NCBI GenBank assembly: GCA_951406725.2
Contig: OX597839.1
Location: 2,232,001-2,296,000, forward strand
DNA length: 64,000 nucleotides
DNA from: Octopus vulgaris
Taxonomy: Eukaryota
Reading direction: 5' to 3'
Part shown: piece by piece, positions 29,142-43,300 of the stretch
Layout of the letters: each line of letters starts with the position of its first letter
How positions within the stretch are numbered: the first letter of the stretch is position 1
Position numbers and translations under genes: made by a program
The notes under the pieces: model-generated
Seen by the model: only the letters and a program-made list of their open reading frames with translations
What the model was told of the DNA's origin: nothing
The model's database searches: none

Positions 29142-29380
29142 GTCAAGCAATGCTAGGGGGACAAACACAGACACACAAACACATACGCACACATACATAT
29201 ATATATACATATATGCGACGGGCTTCTTTCAGTTTCCGTCTACCAAATCCACTCACAAGGCTTTGGTCGGCCCGAGGCTATAGTAGAAGACACTTGCCCA
29301 AGGTGCCACACAGTGGGGCTGAACCCAGAACCATGTGGTTGGTAAGCAAGCAACTTACCACACAGCTACTCCTACGCCTA
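28893..29380 (-). mobile_element. SINE A with duplicated internal module
   Basis: tgtcaagc..ggg.acaaacacag plus microsatellite occurs twice (about 29056 and 29142). Confidence 0.85.
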
Positions 29381-30472
29381 TTTTAAATTTAAGAATACAC
29401 GAAATTAGAAACTGATTACTATGACAGAATAAAAACTTCAAAAGGTCACTCTGCCCTGATTCAGTGAGTTGTATAGTATATACGCGTAATGTCTATATAC
29501 TTGCCTGTCTTTATGTATGTTTGCTTTATGACAATTTTTTAAAAATTAATAAAAAAATATTGATATTCTGCACGTGTTCGTGTTGATCTAGTAATAAGTA
29601 GAACGATCGATCGCAGAATCTTAAAGCGTCGTCAAAAAATATGTTACAGCATTTTTTCCAGCTCTTTATGTTCTGCATTGAGATTCCTTCTTAGATTAAA
29701 TTTGCTTTTCATTCTTCTAGTGTCAATTAGATACTTCTGAGATGAGGAATTTATTATAGTGTAAATTCGTCAGAGTGGTTGTCCTCGCCTTGAATGTTGC
29801 TTTCACTACGTTTCAGCTGTGTACATTCCTCTCTTCTTCAGGTGTCTTGTGATTCACGAGTGAAACGGACAGCAAAAGGATTAATAAAGAAATAATTATC
29901 TTATATTGATTTAGTGTGGACAGAAAGTACTCGACCAAACTTTTCCACATAATGCGTTACGCTTTGTTCAAAGATTGTTGAATGAAACAGTCAGACATTT
30001 AAGAGCAAGTAGTTCACTTAATAGGATAACCAAATTCTCATCGTCGAAACTGACGGAGATCCATATTTCATGTGTTTATAAGGGTGTGTCTCTGTGTGTT
30101 TCAGAGATCGATTCTCCTAATACTCTTCCCGAAAGAGTTTTGATCAAAGTTCAGATACCTCAAATTTCTTGAAATCGATCTTCTTAGGCAGTCTAACCTG
30201 AGTATTTTTTCATTAAAGCTAGAATAGCTTAAGATTTGAGAATTAAATTCCAAATTATTCGAACTGGGATCAAATTTCATTTCGAAACGAATATATATAA
30301 TATATATGTATATATATATATATTTAAATTAAAATATAGTAATTTTTACCTTTTTTCTTGAAATTATATATTTCTTTCAGTATTGATATTTTTCGGTTCA
30401 TTTCTCCCGATATTTTGATCACACACACACACACACTTGTGTGTCTGAATGTACGTATGTCAATATATAGCA

Positions 30473-30540
<68 letters not shown>

Positions 30541-31683
30541 TACTGAGTTAGAGTTGGTCTACTAAATCCTTCAAGGCAGTGCTCCAGCATGGCCGCATTC
30601 TAATGACTGAAACAAGTAAAATGTAAAAGTGCAATGATAAAAGATATATAATACAATATAATATGATAAAATATACGATATGATATGTAATGTATGTATG
30701 TATGTATGTATGTATAAAATATTACGTCAAAGGAATTACAAAATGAAAACGAGACTAAAATCTAGAATGTCACGATTGATTTTTTTAAAAATTATTTTCT
30801 CGATTAATTAAAAAAAAAATGTAAAGATGTTTTTTTTAAATTTAAATGTTAAAAGCAATTTTATATTTCGTTGTTTGTTTTTTCGGTAAACAATATCTTA
30901 ATTTTTTTACACTTTTTATTTCTTTCTTTATCTTTAATTTTTTTAAATAATTTTAAAAATAAAACAGAAAAAAATGTTAAAAAATTTTTTTAAATCTAAA
31001 AGTTTTATAAGTTGTCTTTTTTTTGTATTTTGCTATTAATTTTTTTATATTAATTTTTATTATTTTTTTCATTTCATTTATATTTCCATTTTTTGAATTT
31101 AATTTAAAATATGAAATAAATAAATAAATAAATAAATAAATAACGAAAAACTCTCAAATATAAAACGTTTTCTCTCTATTTTGTTTCTTTTTACAAAATT
31201 GATTTTTTAGATTATTTTTTGTAAATTACTTTAATTTTAAAAAATAATGCAAGACTTCACAACGGAACGAAAACCGTATGTTTTGAAGTGTTGATTATTA
31301 TTTTTTATATATTTATTGCTTAAATAGTTATTTTCCGCCTTTCTCGTCTTTGCAAACTTTTTTCTTCGCAATGTATTTTCTTAGTTTTATATTCTTTTGT
31401 GTTTTAGCTTCTGTGTTCTACTTGTTTCAGTCATTAGACTAACGGCCATACTGGAGCACCGCCTTGAAGACTTGTAGTCAAACTTATCAACCCCAGTGTG
31501 CACCATTTCTTTTTTTTTTTTGTACAGCCCTGAATTTATGCTATCGGGTTTCTTTTGCCGAGCCGCAAAGTTACGGGGACGTGAACAAACCAACACTGGA
31601 TGTCAAGTGGTGGTGGTGGTTGTTGATGGTGGACAAATACATACATGAAAACAGACACACACACACCCTCACCTCACCCACAA

Positions 31684-31724
<41 letters not shown>

Positions 31725-31730
<6 letters not shown>

Positions 31731-32180
31731 CCTTCTCGAGCCACGCCTGGCTCATAAGGGCCGGTTTCCCACCTGGACGGGACGCCGGTCCGTCGCAGGT
31801 GAGCTGCTAGATGCAGGAGGAAAGAGTGAGAGAAAGTTGTGGCGAAAAAGTCAGCAAAAGTGCGTCACTCTGTAAATTCTAAAAACCCTGTCATTTTGTC
31901 CATCACTCTATTAATTCCACGCATCCACCGCCATTTTGTCCATTACATTTATTCAACAAATTCGCCGCCATTTTGTAATTTTGTATATCACTCTATTTTT
32001 TATATTACTAATCCACTGCTATGTCGTCCATCATTCTATTAATTCGACTAATCCGCCACCTTCTGCCGGAGCCGCGTGGAGCATAAATGTTTCGCTCATA
32101 AACACACACATCGCCGGGTTTGAGATTCAAACTCGCGATCCCTCGACCGCGAGTCCACCGTTCTAACCACCACTAGGGCC
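31725..32180 (-). mobile_element. SINE E (D-type head + C-type tail) with a 200-bp templated insertion
   Basis: Aligns to the uninterrupted copy at 42215-42488. Confidence 0.85.
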
Positions 32181-32245
32181 ATACACACATACACACACAC
32201 ACACATATCTATATCTATATCTATATCTATGTATCTATCTATATA

Positions 32246-32285
<40 letters not shown>

Positions 32286-32301
32286 CAGTGTATATACATA
32301 T

Positions 32302-32344
<43 letters not shown>

Positions 32345-32346
<2 letters not shown>

Positions 32347-32715
32347 AAGCTTGAGAGGAGGTTGGATGGAACCTACACTCGCCTCCTTATGAGAACTCAA
32401 AATCTCTCGTGGAAGCGCCATCCAACCAAAATGCAAATATATGGGAAACTACCACCTGCATCATCTCTTGTGAAAGGTAGGAGAGTCCAGTTTGCTGGAC
32501 ATTGTTGTAGAGCTGAAAAAGAAGTCATTTCTACTCTTCTCCTCTGGAAGCCATCTACTCGCAATACCAGAGGGCGCACACTCTCCTACCCTGATGTAAT
32601 CTCCAGGGATACAGGCATCCACCAACAGGACCTCCGTAATGCCATGATGGACCGTGAAGCCTGGCGTAGCATGGTAAATTCCATTGTCTCGACCACGGTC
32701 GAACAATGATGATGA
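32345..32715 (+). mobile_element. RTE-group LINE 3' end
   Basis: Reads [10 protein letters not shown]...NLSWKRH...[11 protein letters not shown]...LLLWKP...RGR...DREAWR, followed by a (TGA)n tail. Confidence 0.85.
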
Positions 32716-33774
32716 TATATATATATACACGACGGACTTCTTTCAGTTTCCATCTTACCAAATCCACTCACAAGGCTTTGGTCAGCCCGAGGACTAGGCA
32801 TTTGCTCAAGGTACCACACAGAAGGACTGAACGCGCAACATGTAGTTGGGGAGCAAACTTTTAACCCCACAACCACACCTGCGCCTATCCCACTGAATTT
32901 TTCTCTAATGTACATGTATATAGGTATGTGCCAGTGGCTTTGTGTTCGTGTTTGTCCCCCACCACCACTTGACAATAGGTATTAGTTTCATGTTAGTCTC
33001 CGTAACTTAGCAGTTCAGCAAAGGAGTTCCGATAGAACAAGTACCGTACTTAGAGATAAACCCAGCTACTGTTTGTCGATTTCTTCGGCCAAAAGTTTCC
33101 AGGCAGCGTCCAAGCTTGATTACAGTTCAATGACCGAAACAAGCGAAACAGATAAAAATAGCAAGAGTACTTTTCACCACGCCGCCGGCACCACCACCAC
33201 CACCACCACCACCACCAAAAAACCTCATGAATGCTTTTAACTGTACCGTCGCCACCACAACCATCATGCTATTACCACCACCTCCCCTACAGTCACCATC
33301 ACCGCCACCACCACCATCGCTACCGCCGCCACCACAAATATGAATGCTTTTAGCAGAACCGCCGCCACCACCAAAGTACTACCACCACCGCCACCACCAA
33401 AGTACTACCACCACCGCCACCACCACGACCACCCCACCGCCACTACCGCCACTACCGCAACCGCCACCAGCGTCACCAGCATCTCTTATCTATGTGATAT
33501 TCCAATATCTGATCAATGTGTGTACGACTGTTACAATGACCATTGTTTAAAAATAGAATCAATAACTGGTCGATACTTTCAGTAATAAAATCAAGTGAGA
33601 TATCACACAGCCAGTGGTGGTAGTGGTGATGATGATGATGGTGGAGGTAGTGGCGACAGTGGTGGTGCTGGTAATAGTGTTGTTATTGGTGGTGGTGAGG
33701 TCCGTGGCAGTGGTGTCTTTGGTGCTAGTGGTGATGATTGTGATGTTGGTGGTGATGATCATAACGGGGAAATG

Positions 33775-33837
<63 letters not shown>

Positions 33838-34143
33838 ATTGTAGTGGTGGTAGTGATAGTCGCAGTGGTTGTTATGGTGGCGGTGGTAGTGGTAATGATG
33901 GTGATGATGTTGCGGTGATAGCAATGATGGTTGTGGTAGAAGTATTTGTGGTGGTAGTGGTGGCAATACTAATAGTGGAGATGTTGGTGAGGGTGGGGAT
34001 GAGAGTAAAGCAACCAATGGATGTAGTTGTGTTAATGGTGTTAGAGGTGATGATGATGATGGTGACGATGTTGTTGCTATTGTGGTGGTAGTGAAGATGG
34101 TAGAGGTGGTGGTGATGGTGATAGTTGTTCTGGTGATAGAGGT

Positions 34144-34346
34144 CGTATCAGGACAATTACCACCCATAGAACAATTCCCCCCCGGCGACAACTACCCCCA
34201 GGACAATTACCCCCCTTGGTTAATTACCCCATCTCCAGGATAGTAAGAAGTTTTAAATCATCATCTGTTGTCGTCGAGGGCAAGTGTCCTTGGATGGAGG
34301 TGGGGGGGGGGGTTATTGTCCATGGGAGGTAAATGTCCTAGATTCG
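34144..34346. mobile_element. Small MITE-like element with subterminal GGACAATTACCCCC repeats
   Basis: Several direct copies on the left and inverted copies (ttattgtcc, ggtaaatgtcc) on the right. Termini cgtatcaggacaatt / aaatgtcctagattcg. Confidence 0.65.
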
Positions 34347-34549
34347 GTACAGTTATCAGTATAGCCAGATATGGTCATACCATCAGTTCTGTTTCTTTAA
34401 TTTTCTTTTGCATATAACTTAGATAACTTTGATAGGTTTCAGCCATTATAGTCCCAGGCCATGTCTAACTCAATACCACCACCTAGAAGACTATATTATT
34501 CAACATATTCTTCCTTAAACCAGGATATAACACAATACGACGTGACATA

Positions 34550-35290
34550 TATTTCATCCATCAATTAACTAGTTTTACCAATTCACCACCATTTCGTCCA
34601 CCAGTCTATTTGATTTGACTGTCTGCCGCCACTTTTGCTTCTCACATCACCACTTCCATTAATCCACAGCCATTTTGCATATCACTCGGCTAATTCAAAA
34701 ATCACCACCATTTTGTTTATCACTTACCACTTCTACAAATCCACCGCCATTTTGTCCATTAATTTATTAATTTTGACAATCTTCTACCATTGTTGTTAGT
34801 CACTCCACCACTGATACTAATCCGCCACAGTTTTGTCCATCAAGTGATTAATTCTAACAACCCAGCCCCATTTTGTCCATCACTCAATTAATTCTACGAA
34901 TCCACCGCATTTTGCCCATTATACTTATTCAACAAAACCATCGCCATTTTGTCCTTTTGTCTATCACTATTATATTATCAATCCACCGCTATTTTTTCAA
35001 TCATTCTATAAATTCGACTAACCCACTGCTATTTTGCGTCACTGTAAATTCTAAAAACCCTGTCATTCTGTCCATCACTCTATTAATTCTACGCATCCAC
35101 CGCCATTTTGTCCATTACATTTATTCAACAAATTCACCGCCATTTTGTAATTTTGTATATCACTCTATTTTTTATATTACTAATCCACTGCTATGTCGTC
35201 CATCATTCTATTAATTCGACTAATCCGCCACCATTTTTTCCGACGCATTCCTTTTCCTTTCTCTACCAATTACAACAATCACCGCACTTT
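34550..35290. repeat. Degenerate ~38-40-bp minisatellite (aatccaccgccattttgtccatcactctattaattc)
   Basis: The unit recurs more than a dozen times with variation. Confidence 0.85.
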
Positions 35291-35849
35291 TCCCGCCTTA
35301 CATAGACAAATATTCAATTTACCGCTTTATATATTTATTGATTTTGTTTTATTTTTAAAATTGTATTCTATTTTCTTTTATCTTCAGAATATATCTCATG
35401 CTGCTCGAAAAATACAAAAAGAAAAATCAGGAAAAGCAAGGGAAACGAAATATGGAAACGAACAAAAGTTGTTTTAAAAATATTATACGCAACCAAAATG
35501 GCGGCTACGCAAACAAAACATGGCCACTGTTATTATTTCTAACAAAATAATAAATAGATGAATATAAAATAAATAAATAAAGATTATAATCTCCATAGGG
35601 TATAATTGCAAAATAGTACTTTTTTCTCATTTTCTTTTTGATTTTGCTTTTATAAGTTTTTTCTACGATGAGGGATGTATATGTGTGTGCGTGTGTGTGT
35701 GTGCGTGTATGTGTGTGCGTGTGTGTTTGTGTATGTATGTGCGTGCATTCTGTGTGTGCGTGAGTGTCTTTGTTCTGTAGTTACCGACCATTAGAGAAAA
35801 TAAAAGGGGGAAAATGGTTATCTATCAGTTAGGTGTAATAAAGCACACG

Positions 35850-35909
<60 letters not shown>

Positions 35910-36413
35910 CATATATATATGCGTATCATCACTGCTTGATAACTAGTACCAAAAAATACATAGCATTCGATATCAAAATGTTGAGTAATGTATATAATGT
36001 AGAGAGCGATAAACTAATAGGAACTACAAATTATTTATTGTGCTTACAGATAACTTTTTTTGTTGTAATATTATTTCCTAATGCCGCATCTTTGTACATT
36101 CGGCCATGGTTTGATCTTCTGAGCGGACATGCTCTCACAGCAAGAAACTAATAGTAACAACTGTGAATGGTCTACCACCACCACTTCCGCAACCACAACC
36201 ACCACCATTACTAACACCACTACCACCACAACGAATATCACTACCATCACAATCACCATCACCACCTCCGCCACTACCACTACCACCGCCGCTACCACCA
36301 CCACCACCGCCGCCACCACCGCCACTACCACTGCCACTACCACCACCACCACTGCTACTACCACCACCACCACTTCCACAACCACAACCACCACCATTAC
36401 CAACACCACTACC

Positions 36414-36645
36414 TATTTCTTTACTACCCACAAGGGGCTAAACACAGAGGGGACAAACAAGGGCAGACAGACGGATTAAGTCGATTATATCGACCCCAGT
36501 GAGTAACTGGTACTTAATTTATCGACCCCGAAAGGATGAAAGGCAAAGTCGACCTCAGTGGAATTTGAACTCAGAACGTAGTGGCAGACGAAATACGGTT
36601 AGGCATTTCGCCCGGCGTGCTAAGGATTCTGCCAGCTTGCCGCCT
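36414..36645 (-). mobile_element. Full-length SINE B with 14-bp TSD in an (ACC)n array
   Basis: ccaacaccactacc at 36400-36413 and 36649-36662. Confidence 0.9.
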
Positions 36646-37628
36646 TTTCCAACACCACTACCACCACCATGAATACCACTACCATCACAATCACCATCAC
36701 CACCACCGCCACTACCACCTTGCTAAAGTTATTTGTTGGTGGCCTCTTCATTAGCTGATTCAGTAGTTATTCTGCATCTGCATGTCGATTACGTCATTCA
36801 TATCCTGTTTGGTTAAAGTTGTTATGCTATGTACTCCATAAATTGTTATTTTATATTTGAAGTACGTAAAAACGTTTTTGTTAGACTCTCTAGACGTTTT
36901 GCAGTTCATATTAGCTGACTCGCTTCGCGTTGGCATTGTTGTACGATACCTCACTTTTGCAAATATATTTGAACGAATCCCTGTGCTGTGTACATCTATT
37001 TTTGAACGTTTCGGAAGTTATTCCGATATAGATATTGCGAGTTTGTTTCATTTGCAGTGCTGTTTCCACATAGATTACAAATTCCTATTCAGGAAAATAC
37101 TTTCTCTTAACGGGTATAAACATAATCTATTGGAATTGTATCTATTTTCAGCTGTGAGCTGTGGCTTTCCAGATATATGGTTATTTATAGCATGGCTGGC
37201 ATGATTTTGGTTTCATTACTATTATAGAAATATTCAGGGTATATTATACACGCCTACAACATATACATATATGTGTATATAGTTGAAGCAAATCAATAGA
37301 TTATATTCAATAACATACAATGCACAGAAGATATTCCAAGAGAAACAAAAATACCTTTATTCGGCGAAAAAAATTTTTCATTTCCCGTTTTATAGTATTC
37401 TAATCGTGTTACGCCTGACCAAATTCGTTTCCGATTCTTGTTTTCCATTAATGTGTAAGAAGTGAAAGAGAGAGACATGTACCGATGTTAGCGCTGGAGA
37501 GGGAATAATAAAATGTATTAAATGTTATAGTCTCACCGTTTCGATTTAGTGTGTGTAAGCATTTTTCACTCCTCTGTACATATACGTGTGTGTGTCTGTG
37601 TGCGCATGTGTATGATTGTGCGTGTATA

Positions 37629-37666
<38 letters not shown>

Positions 37667-37910
37667 TGTGTGTATGCTTATACACAATGGAGATAACTGT
37701 TCTGGCTGTTATAGACGTTGCAGATGACATTTAATACTTCTCACTCGTTATGTCTTGATATTTTCAGAATTTATAGATGCATACATACACATATAAATAT
37801 ATAATATACATACATACACATACACACACACACACACACAAATATATATATACACATACATGCATACATATACACATACATACATATATATGTATGCGTA
37901 TATATGTATA

Positions 37911-38007
<97 letters not shown>

Positions 38008-38157
38008 GCAACACGGATATCTGCATTACCTCTGGATATCCTTGTTGCTTATTTTGACTGTAATCACTCTATTATGAATTATATGGATAATACCATACCA
38101 AATTCTGGTGCTTTTAACTTAAGTTCCATATTCAACTGAATCTAAATTTTACTGAAC

Positions 38158-38281
<124 letters not shown>

Positions 38282-38407
38282 AGGTGAGATAAATAGGCAG
38301 ATTCATAGACAGATAGATAATTAGATAAGTGCATATATAAATACACATATAAAATTAGAAAGATAGATAGATAAAACAATATATAAATACATATATATGT
38401 TTATATA

Positions 38408-38487
<80 letters not shown>

Positions 38488-38582
38488 AATTATTATATAT
38501 ATATTCAAAAATTCTATAATTATGAGTATAATTATAATTAGGGTTCAGCAAAATTTGCTTCACCACATTTGCTTCTTGAAAT

Positions 38583-38665
38583 ACTGTACAGATGAGGAGA
38601 ATGACTGAGTAGAAATAAGATTTTATATTTTTCACATCTCTCTAACTCCGAAACGTGTATACAGT
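38583..38665 (+). ncRNA. Putative type I hammerhead ribozyme (core variant) in a PLE-like island
   Basis: ACTGTA-CAGATGA-GGAG[46 nt]CTCC-GAAA-CGTG-TA-TACAGT, giving a 6-bp stem I, a 4-bp stem II and a GUA site. The core has U4>A. Confidence 0.6.
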
Positions 38666-38944
38666 TTATCAGAGCCGGGTGGATTGGGTTTTTTTTTTCT
38701 CCTTACCTGCGTGAGTTGCAGAGATATCTTATGGTAGTTAGGATAGTAGTTTTAACTGCTATTTCTAAATTTAGGTATGTGGTAAAGCAAATTTTGCTGA
38801 ACCCTAATTATAATTATATTCATAATTATAGAATTTGTATATAAGTTTACTGCTAATGGTTCTTTTAACATACCGAACTACTTGGTAAAATTATTAATTA
38901 CTAATTGATTTTACCATTTATTATATATATATGTATGTTGTATA

Positions 38945-39006
<62 letters not shown>

Positions 39007-39539
39007 TGCATACATACATGCATGCTTTTATACATGTCCGTATGTATGTATATTACATACACACATACACTATATTTACATTAAGATGCCGTTTTCTACA
39101 GCTTAAAAAAATTTTAATGCTTAAATGAAATGGCATTATCGTTTGTCATAATATCAAAGAAAGTCTATGGTCTTAGTAAGGATGTAGTATGTACAATAGG
39201 AAAAAATCTGTATGAAGATTTATCGTCAATGGACAATACCGAGCAGATGTTTACGATTTCCTTTTCTATGGCTATGATTCTAGACGTCAGCAAATTCATG
39301 TAATGAATTTATGAGAGAAAATATGTAACTCAGTATCGCCATCGGCATGAAAAACAGCAGTTAAGTTAATGTGGATCTTGCTAAATTTCTTTCAATTACG
39401 AAAGTTTTACGAAATTTTTACCTGATGATTTTTTTTTTTAATGTAGTTCTGATTCCGTTTCACGTGCTGGTGACGAAAATCGCATTTTTTTTTTTGTTTC
39501 TTAGAAATTAGTAATCAAGAAGTTAATGAAAACTTCCTG

Positions 39540-39810
39540 CTACTTCGTCGGTTGCGATGGCGAATGTTTCAATTGATCCGATCAATGGAATAACCTGCTC
39601 GTTAAGTTAACACGCAAGTGGCTGAACGTTCCACAGACACGCGTACCTTTAACATAGTTCTCAGGGAGATTCAGCGTGACACAGAATGTGACAAGGCTTG
39701 GCCCTTTGAATTACAGGTATTACTCATTCTTGCCAGACACTGAAAAGGATGAAAGGCAAAGACGACTTCGGCAGAATTAGAACTCAGAACGTAAAGATGG
39801 ACGAATAACA
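39540..39810 (-). mobile_element. SINE D tail joined to a SINE B fragment
   Basis: Similarity to 25273-25645 and to B copies. Confidence 0.7.
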
Positions 39811-39829
39811 CTAATAGCATTTACACTAT

Positions 39830-40550
39830 CACCACAACCACCACCTGAACCACCACCACCACCACCACCAAAACGACGACAACACCGATACCTACACTAT
39901 TGCCAGTAACACCACTATCACCGCCACAACTACCATCATCAGAACTAGCACCAATATCAACAACAACAGTACCAACACCACCACCAACACTGCCACTACC
40001 ACCACCAACAACAACAACAACAACACCGTCACCACCACCAGCACTATCAACACCACCAACACCGCTACTACCAACACGTCCACCACCACCAACAACAACA
40101 ACACCGCCACCACCATCACCACTACCACCACGACTAACACCACCACCACCACGACCAACACCACCACCACCACGACCAACACGTCCACCACCACCAACAA
40201 CAACAACACCGCCACCACCAGCACTACCACCACCACCACCACTACCACCACGACCAACACCACCACCACCACGACCAACACCACCACCATGACCAACACC
40301 ATCACCACCACCACCACGACCAACACCACCACCACCACGACCAACACCAACACCACCACCACCACCACCACCACCACCACGACCAACACGTCCACCACCA
40401 CCAACAACAACAACTACACCGCCACCACCAGCATTACCACCACGACTAACACCACCACCACCACCACCACCACGTCCACCACCACTAACAACAACAACAC
40501 CGCCACCACCACCATTACCACCACGACCAACACCACGGTTATTACCACCA
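39830..40550. repeat. (ACC/AAC)-rich compound repeat
   Basis: Direct reading; a higher-order unit with ccacgaccaacacc recurs. Confidence 0.9.
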
Positions 40551-40854
40551 ACAGGAATAACATCATTAACTCTAGCCACGAAATATGTGTTACAAAAACA
40601 GCAATCCGGTGTGTCCTCCTTCCCGTCTCCTGTGTTGTGTTACTCTGTTATACTCCTGCAACACTCTAAACTGTCTCTCTTATCTTTGGCTGTGTTTCAG
40701 GTTCGTTGCTGTAGCCATTGTTCTGTGCGCCTTCCATAAAAATCTATATATCTGATTTCATACAAGCGCCATCTTTTGTATATACACTGGCAGTGATAGA
40801 TTCGCAGATAAAGACTGATCTTATATTTCAGCATGTAACGATTTGTGTCTATCT

Positions 40855-41736
40855 TTATGTATGTATGTACGTATGTATGTATGTATGTATGTATGTATGT
40901 TTGTATGTATGTATGTATGTATGTTTGTATGTATGTATGTATGTATGTATGTATGTATGTATGCATGTATGTATGTATGTATGTATGTATGTATGTATGT
41001 ATGTATGTATGCATGTATGTATGTATGGATAGATGGATAGATGGATGTATGTATGGATGGATGGATGTATATATGTGTTTGTGTGTGTGTTGCTTATATT
41101 GTGGTAAACGAATATACGGTACACATTTTTTGTTCGTATATACACTTATAGTTTGTGGAGTATGTTTACATGTAGGTACACACACACACAGAGAGAAACA
41201 CACACACCGACACACATACGCACGCACTCACTAACTCAAATAAAATACACATCTCTTCTACGTGTCTCACAATATACATACATGCATATATATATATATA
41301 TATACATATATACATACACAGACACACACATACACACGCACATACATACATACATACATACATACATACATACATACATACGCACATACATACATACATA
41401 CATACATACATACATACATACATCATACATACGCACATACATACATACATACATACGCACATACATGCATACATACATACATACGCACATACATACATAC
41501 ATACATACATACGCACATACATACATACATACATACATACGCACATACGCACATACATACATACATACGCACATACATACATACATACGCACATACATAC
41601 ATACACACATACATACATACATACATACATACATACATACATACATACATACATACATACATACATACATACATACATACATACATACGACATACATACA
41701 TGCATACATACATACATACATACGCACATACATACA

Positions 41737-41770
<34 letters not shown>

Positions 41771-41800
41771 CATACATACATACATACATACATACATACA

Positions 41801-41830
<30 letters not shown>
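40855..41830. repeat. (TATG)n and (CATA)n tetranucleotide arrays in opposite orientation
   Basis: Direct reading of the sequence. Confidence 0.95.
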
Positions 41831-41831
<1 letters not shown>

Positions 41832-42100
41832 TATCTTTTATTTATTTCAGTCATTAGATTGAGGCTATGATATCTACTTGAACAACATTTAGTTGGACGG
41901 ATTGACCCCAGTATTGTATTTTTTTACGTCTGGTATTTATCAGCGCCTGCGCAATCGATCGAGTATGAAACTCCGAAGTAAGACAATCAGCCGTGTAGGT
42001 ACAATTTAACACCGAGCTTTGTGTTGAGCACTGTTTCCTGCACCTTACAAGTAGTGTCTCCGTGTGTAAGCATGAGTGTTTTTATGTGTCTGTGTGGCTA

Positions 42101-42152
<52 letters not shown>

Positions 42153-42214
42153 TGTGTGTGTGTAGCTATGCGTTGAAAACTTACAAATTTTTCGGCGGGA
42201 ACCTTATTTCTCTA

Positions 42215-42488
42215 GCTATACCTGGTTCATAAGAGCCGGTTCCCTGGTTCCCTTGGCGTATAGGTTCCCCACCTTGACGGGACAGGTGAGTTGGAAGATG
42301 CAGGAGGAAAGAGTGAGAGAAAGTTGTGGCGAAAGAGTCAGCAGAAGTTCGTCATTACCTTCTGCCGGAGCCGCGTAGAGCTTAGGTGTTTCGCTCATAA
42401 ACACACACATCGCCCGGTCTGGGATTCGAACCCACGATCTTTCGACTGCGAGTCCGCTGCTCTAACCACAAGGCCATGTGCCTCCACT
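42215..42488 (-). mobile_element. SINE E
   Basis: The head matches SINE D (gagtccgctgc.ctaaccac..ggccat..gcctccac) and the tail resembles SINE C. Confidence 0.85.
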
Positions 42489-42756
42489 GGCGGCAAACTT
42501 AAAGTAATAAGAAAACTAGTCAACTATAATCAATCAGAATTTATAGTCCGCCAAGTAAATGGTAAGATATGCAGTCTCACCTCTCCATTTTCTCCGGTTA
42601 AGCAACGTAGTCGCTTCAATGACACGACAGGACTATCAAGCACCAGTTTTTCAGCATAGCTGTTCGTCGTCAGTGATAGATGCTACTCGGTCACACATAC
42701 ACACATATATATAATATATATGTATGTGTATGTATAATTATATATATATATATATA

Positions 42757-43300
42757 TTCCAGTTCAGGTTGTATAAATTCCTTATCTTTGAGCTCTTGAA
42801 TATATGCATAAAGTGAAGTACTTCTACATTAAAAATTACATCTGAATGAATAAGTGAGTTGATCATATCTGATTTTAAAATGATTGGCAGTGGTGCTGAC
42901 ATATGCTTAGTAGAATTTATGTTAATTTAGACTAATGATATAGTATGTCGTTAATCCATCTGTAGAGTTCAAGGGGCACAAAGTAGGGTTAGTATTTATA
43001 CAATTATAATTGTCAATAGCAGCAATGTCGAACTTTTTTTTTTTTAATTTGGTAAAAAAAAGTGATGATTTAATTGAAGTGAGAGCTATAGAGTTTGAGA
43101 TATGTAACTATACTCTTACTGAATACTTTATAACACTATGCAGTTGGAACATTTTGAACATTTTTGAAGAAAAAGAAAATTTTAGCAAGGAGTGTGACTA
43201 CTTCTAAATTTAATGGTGGTTTATGCCAGCTTATGTTTCTGTGCCTATTTCTATTGTGAGTTATTCTGAGACGGTTAAATATAATTTTTCCATCAAACTG
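42757..43300 (-). mobile_element. Highly degenerate Penelope-like (Neptune-type) coding fragment
   Basis: Minus-strand pieces read RNISWHKPP...T..AKIF, NC...CPL and YVSTTANHFKIRY...SFR...STSL..YI.ELKDK (GIY-YIG-like), with stops and frameshifts. Confidence 0.65.

Larger units (their letters stand above)
31390..32886 (-). mobile_element. SINE A whose internal microsatellite hosts a SINE E and an RTE fragment
   Basis: Tail 31390-31660 and head 32730-32886 are in the same orientation. Confidence 0.7.

Noticed and set aside
34550-35290. CRISPR-like periodicity
   Set aside because: The units are degenerate tandem copies without unique spacers, there are no cas genes, and the context is eukaryotic.
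39821-40669. Gly-rich or Pro/Thr-rich ORFs
   Set aside because: Open in several frames on both strands, as expected for (ACC)n; no splice or codon evidence.
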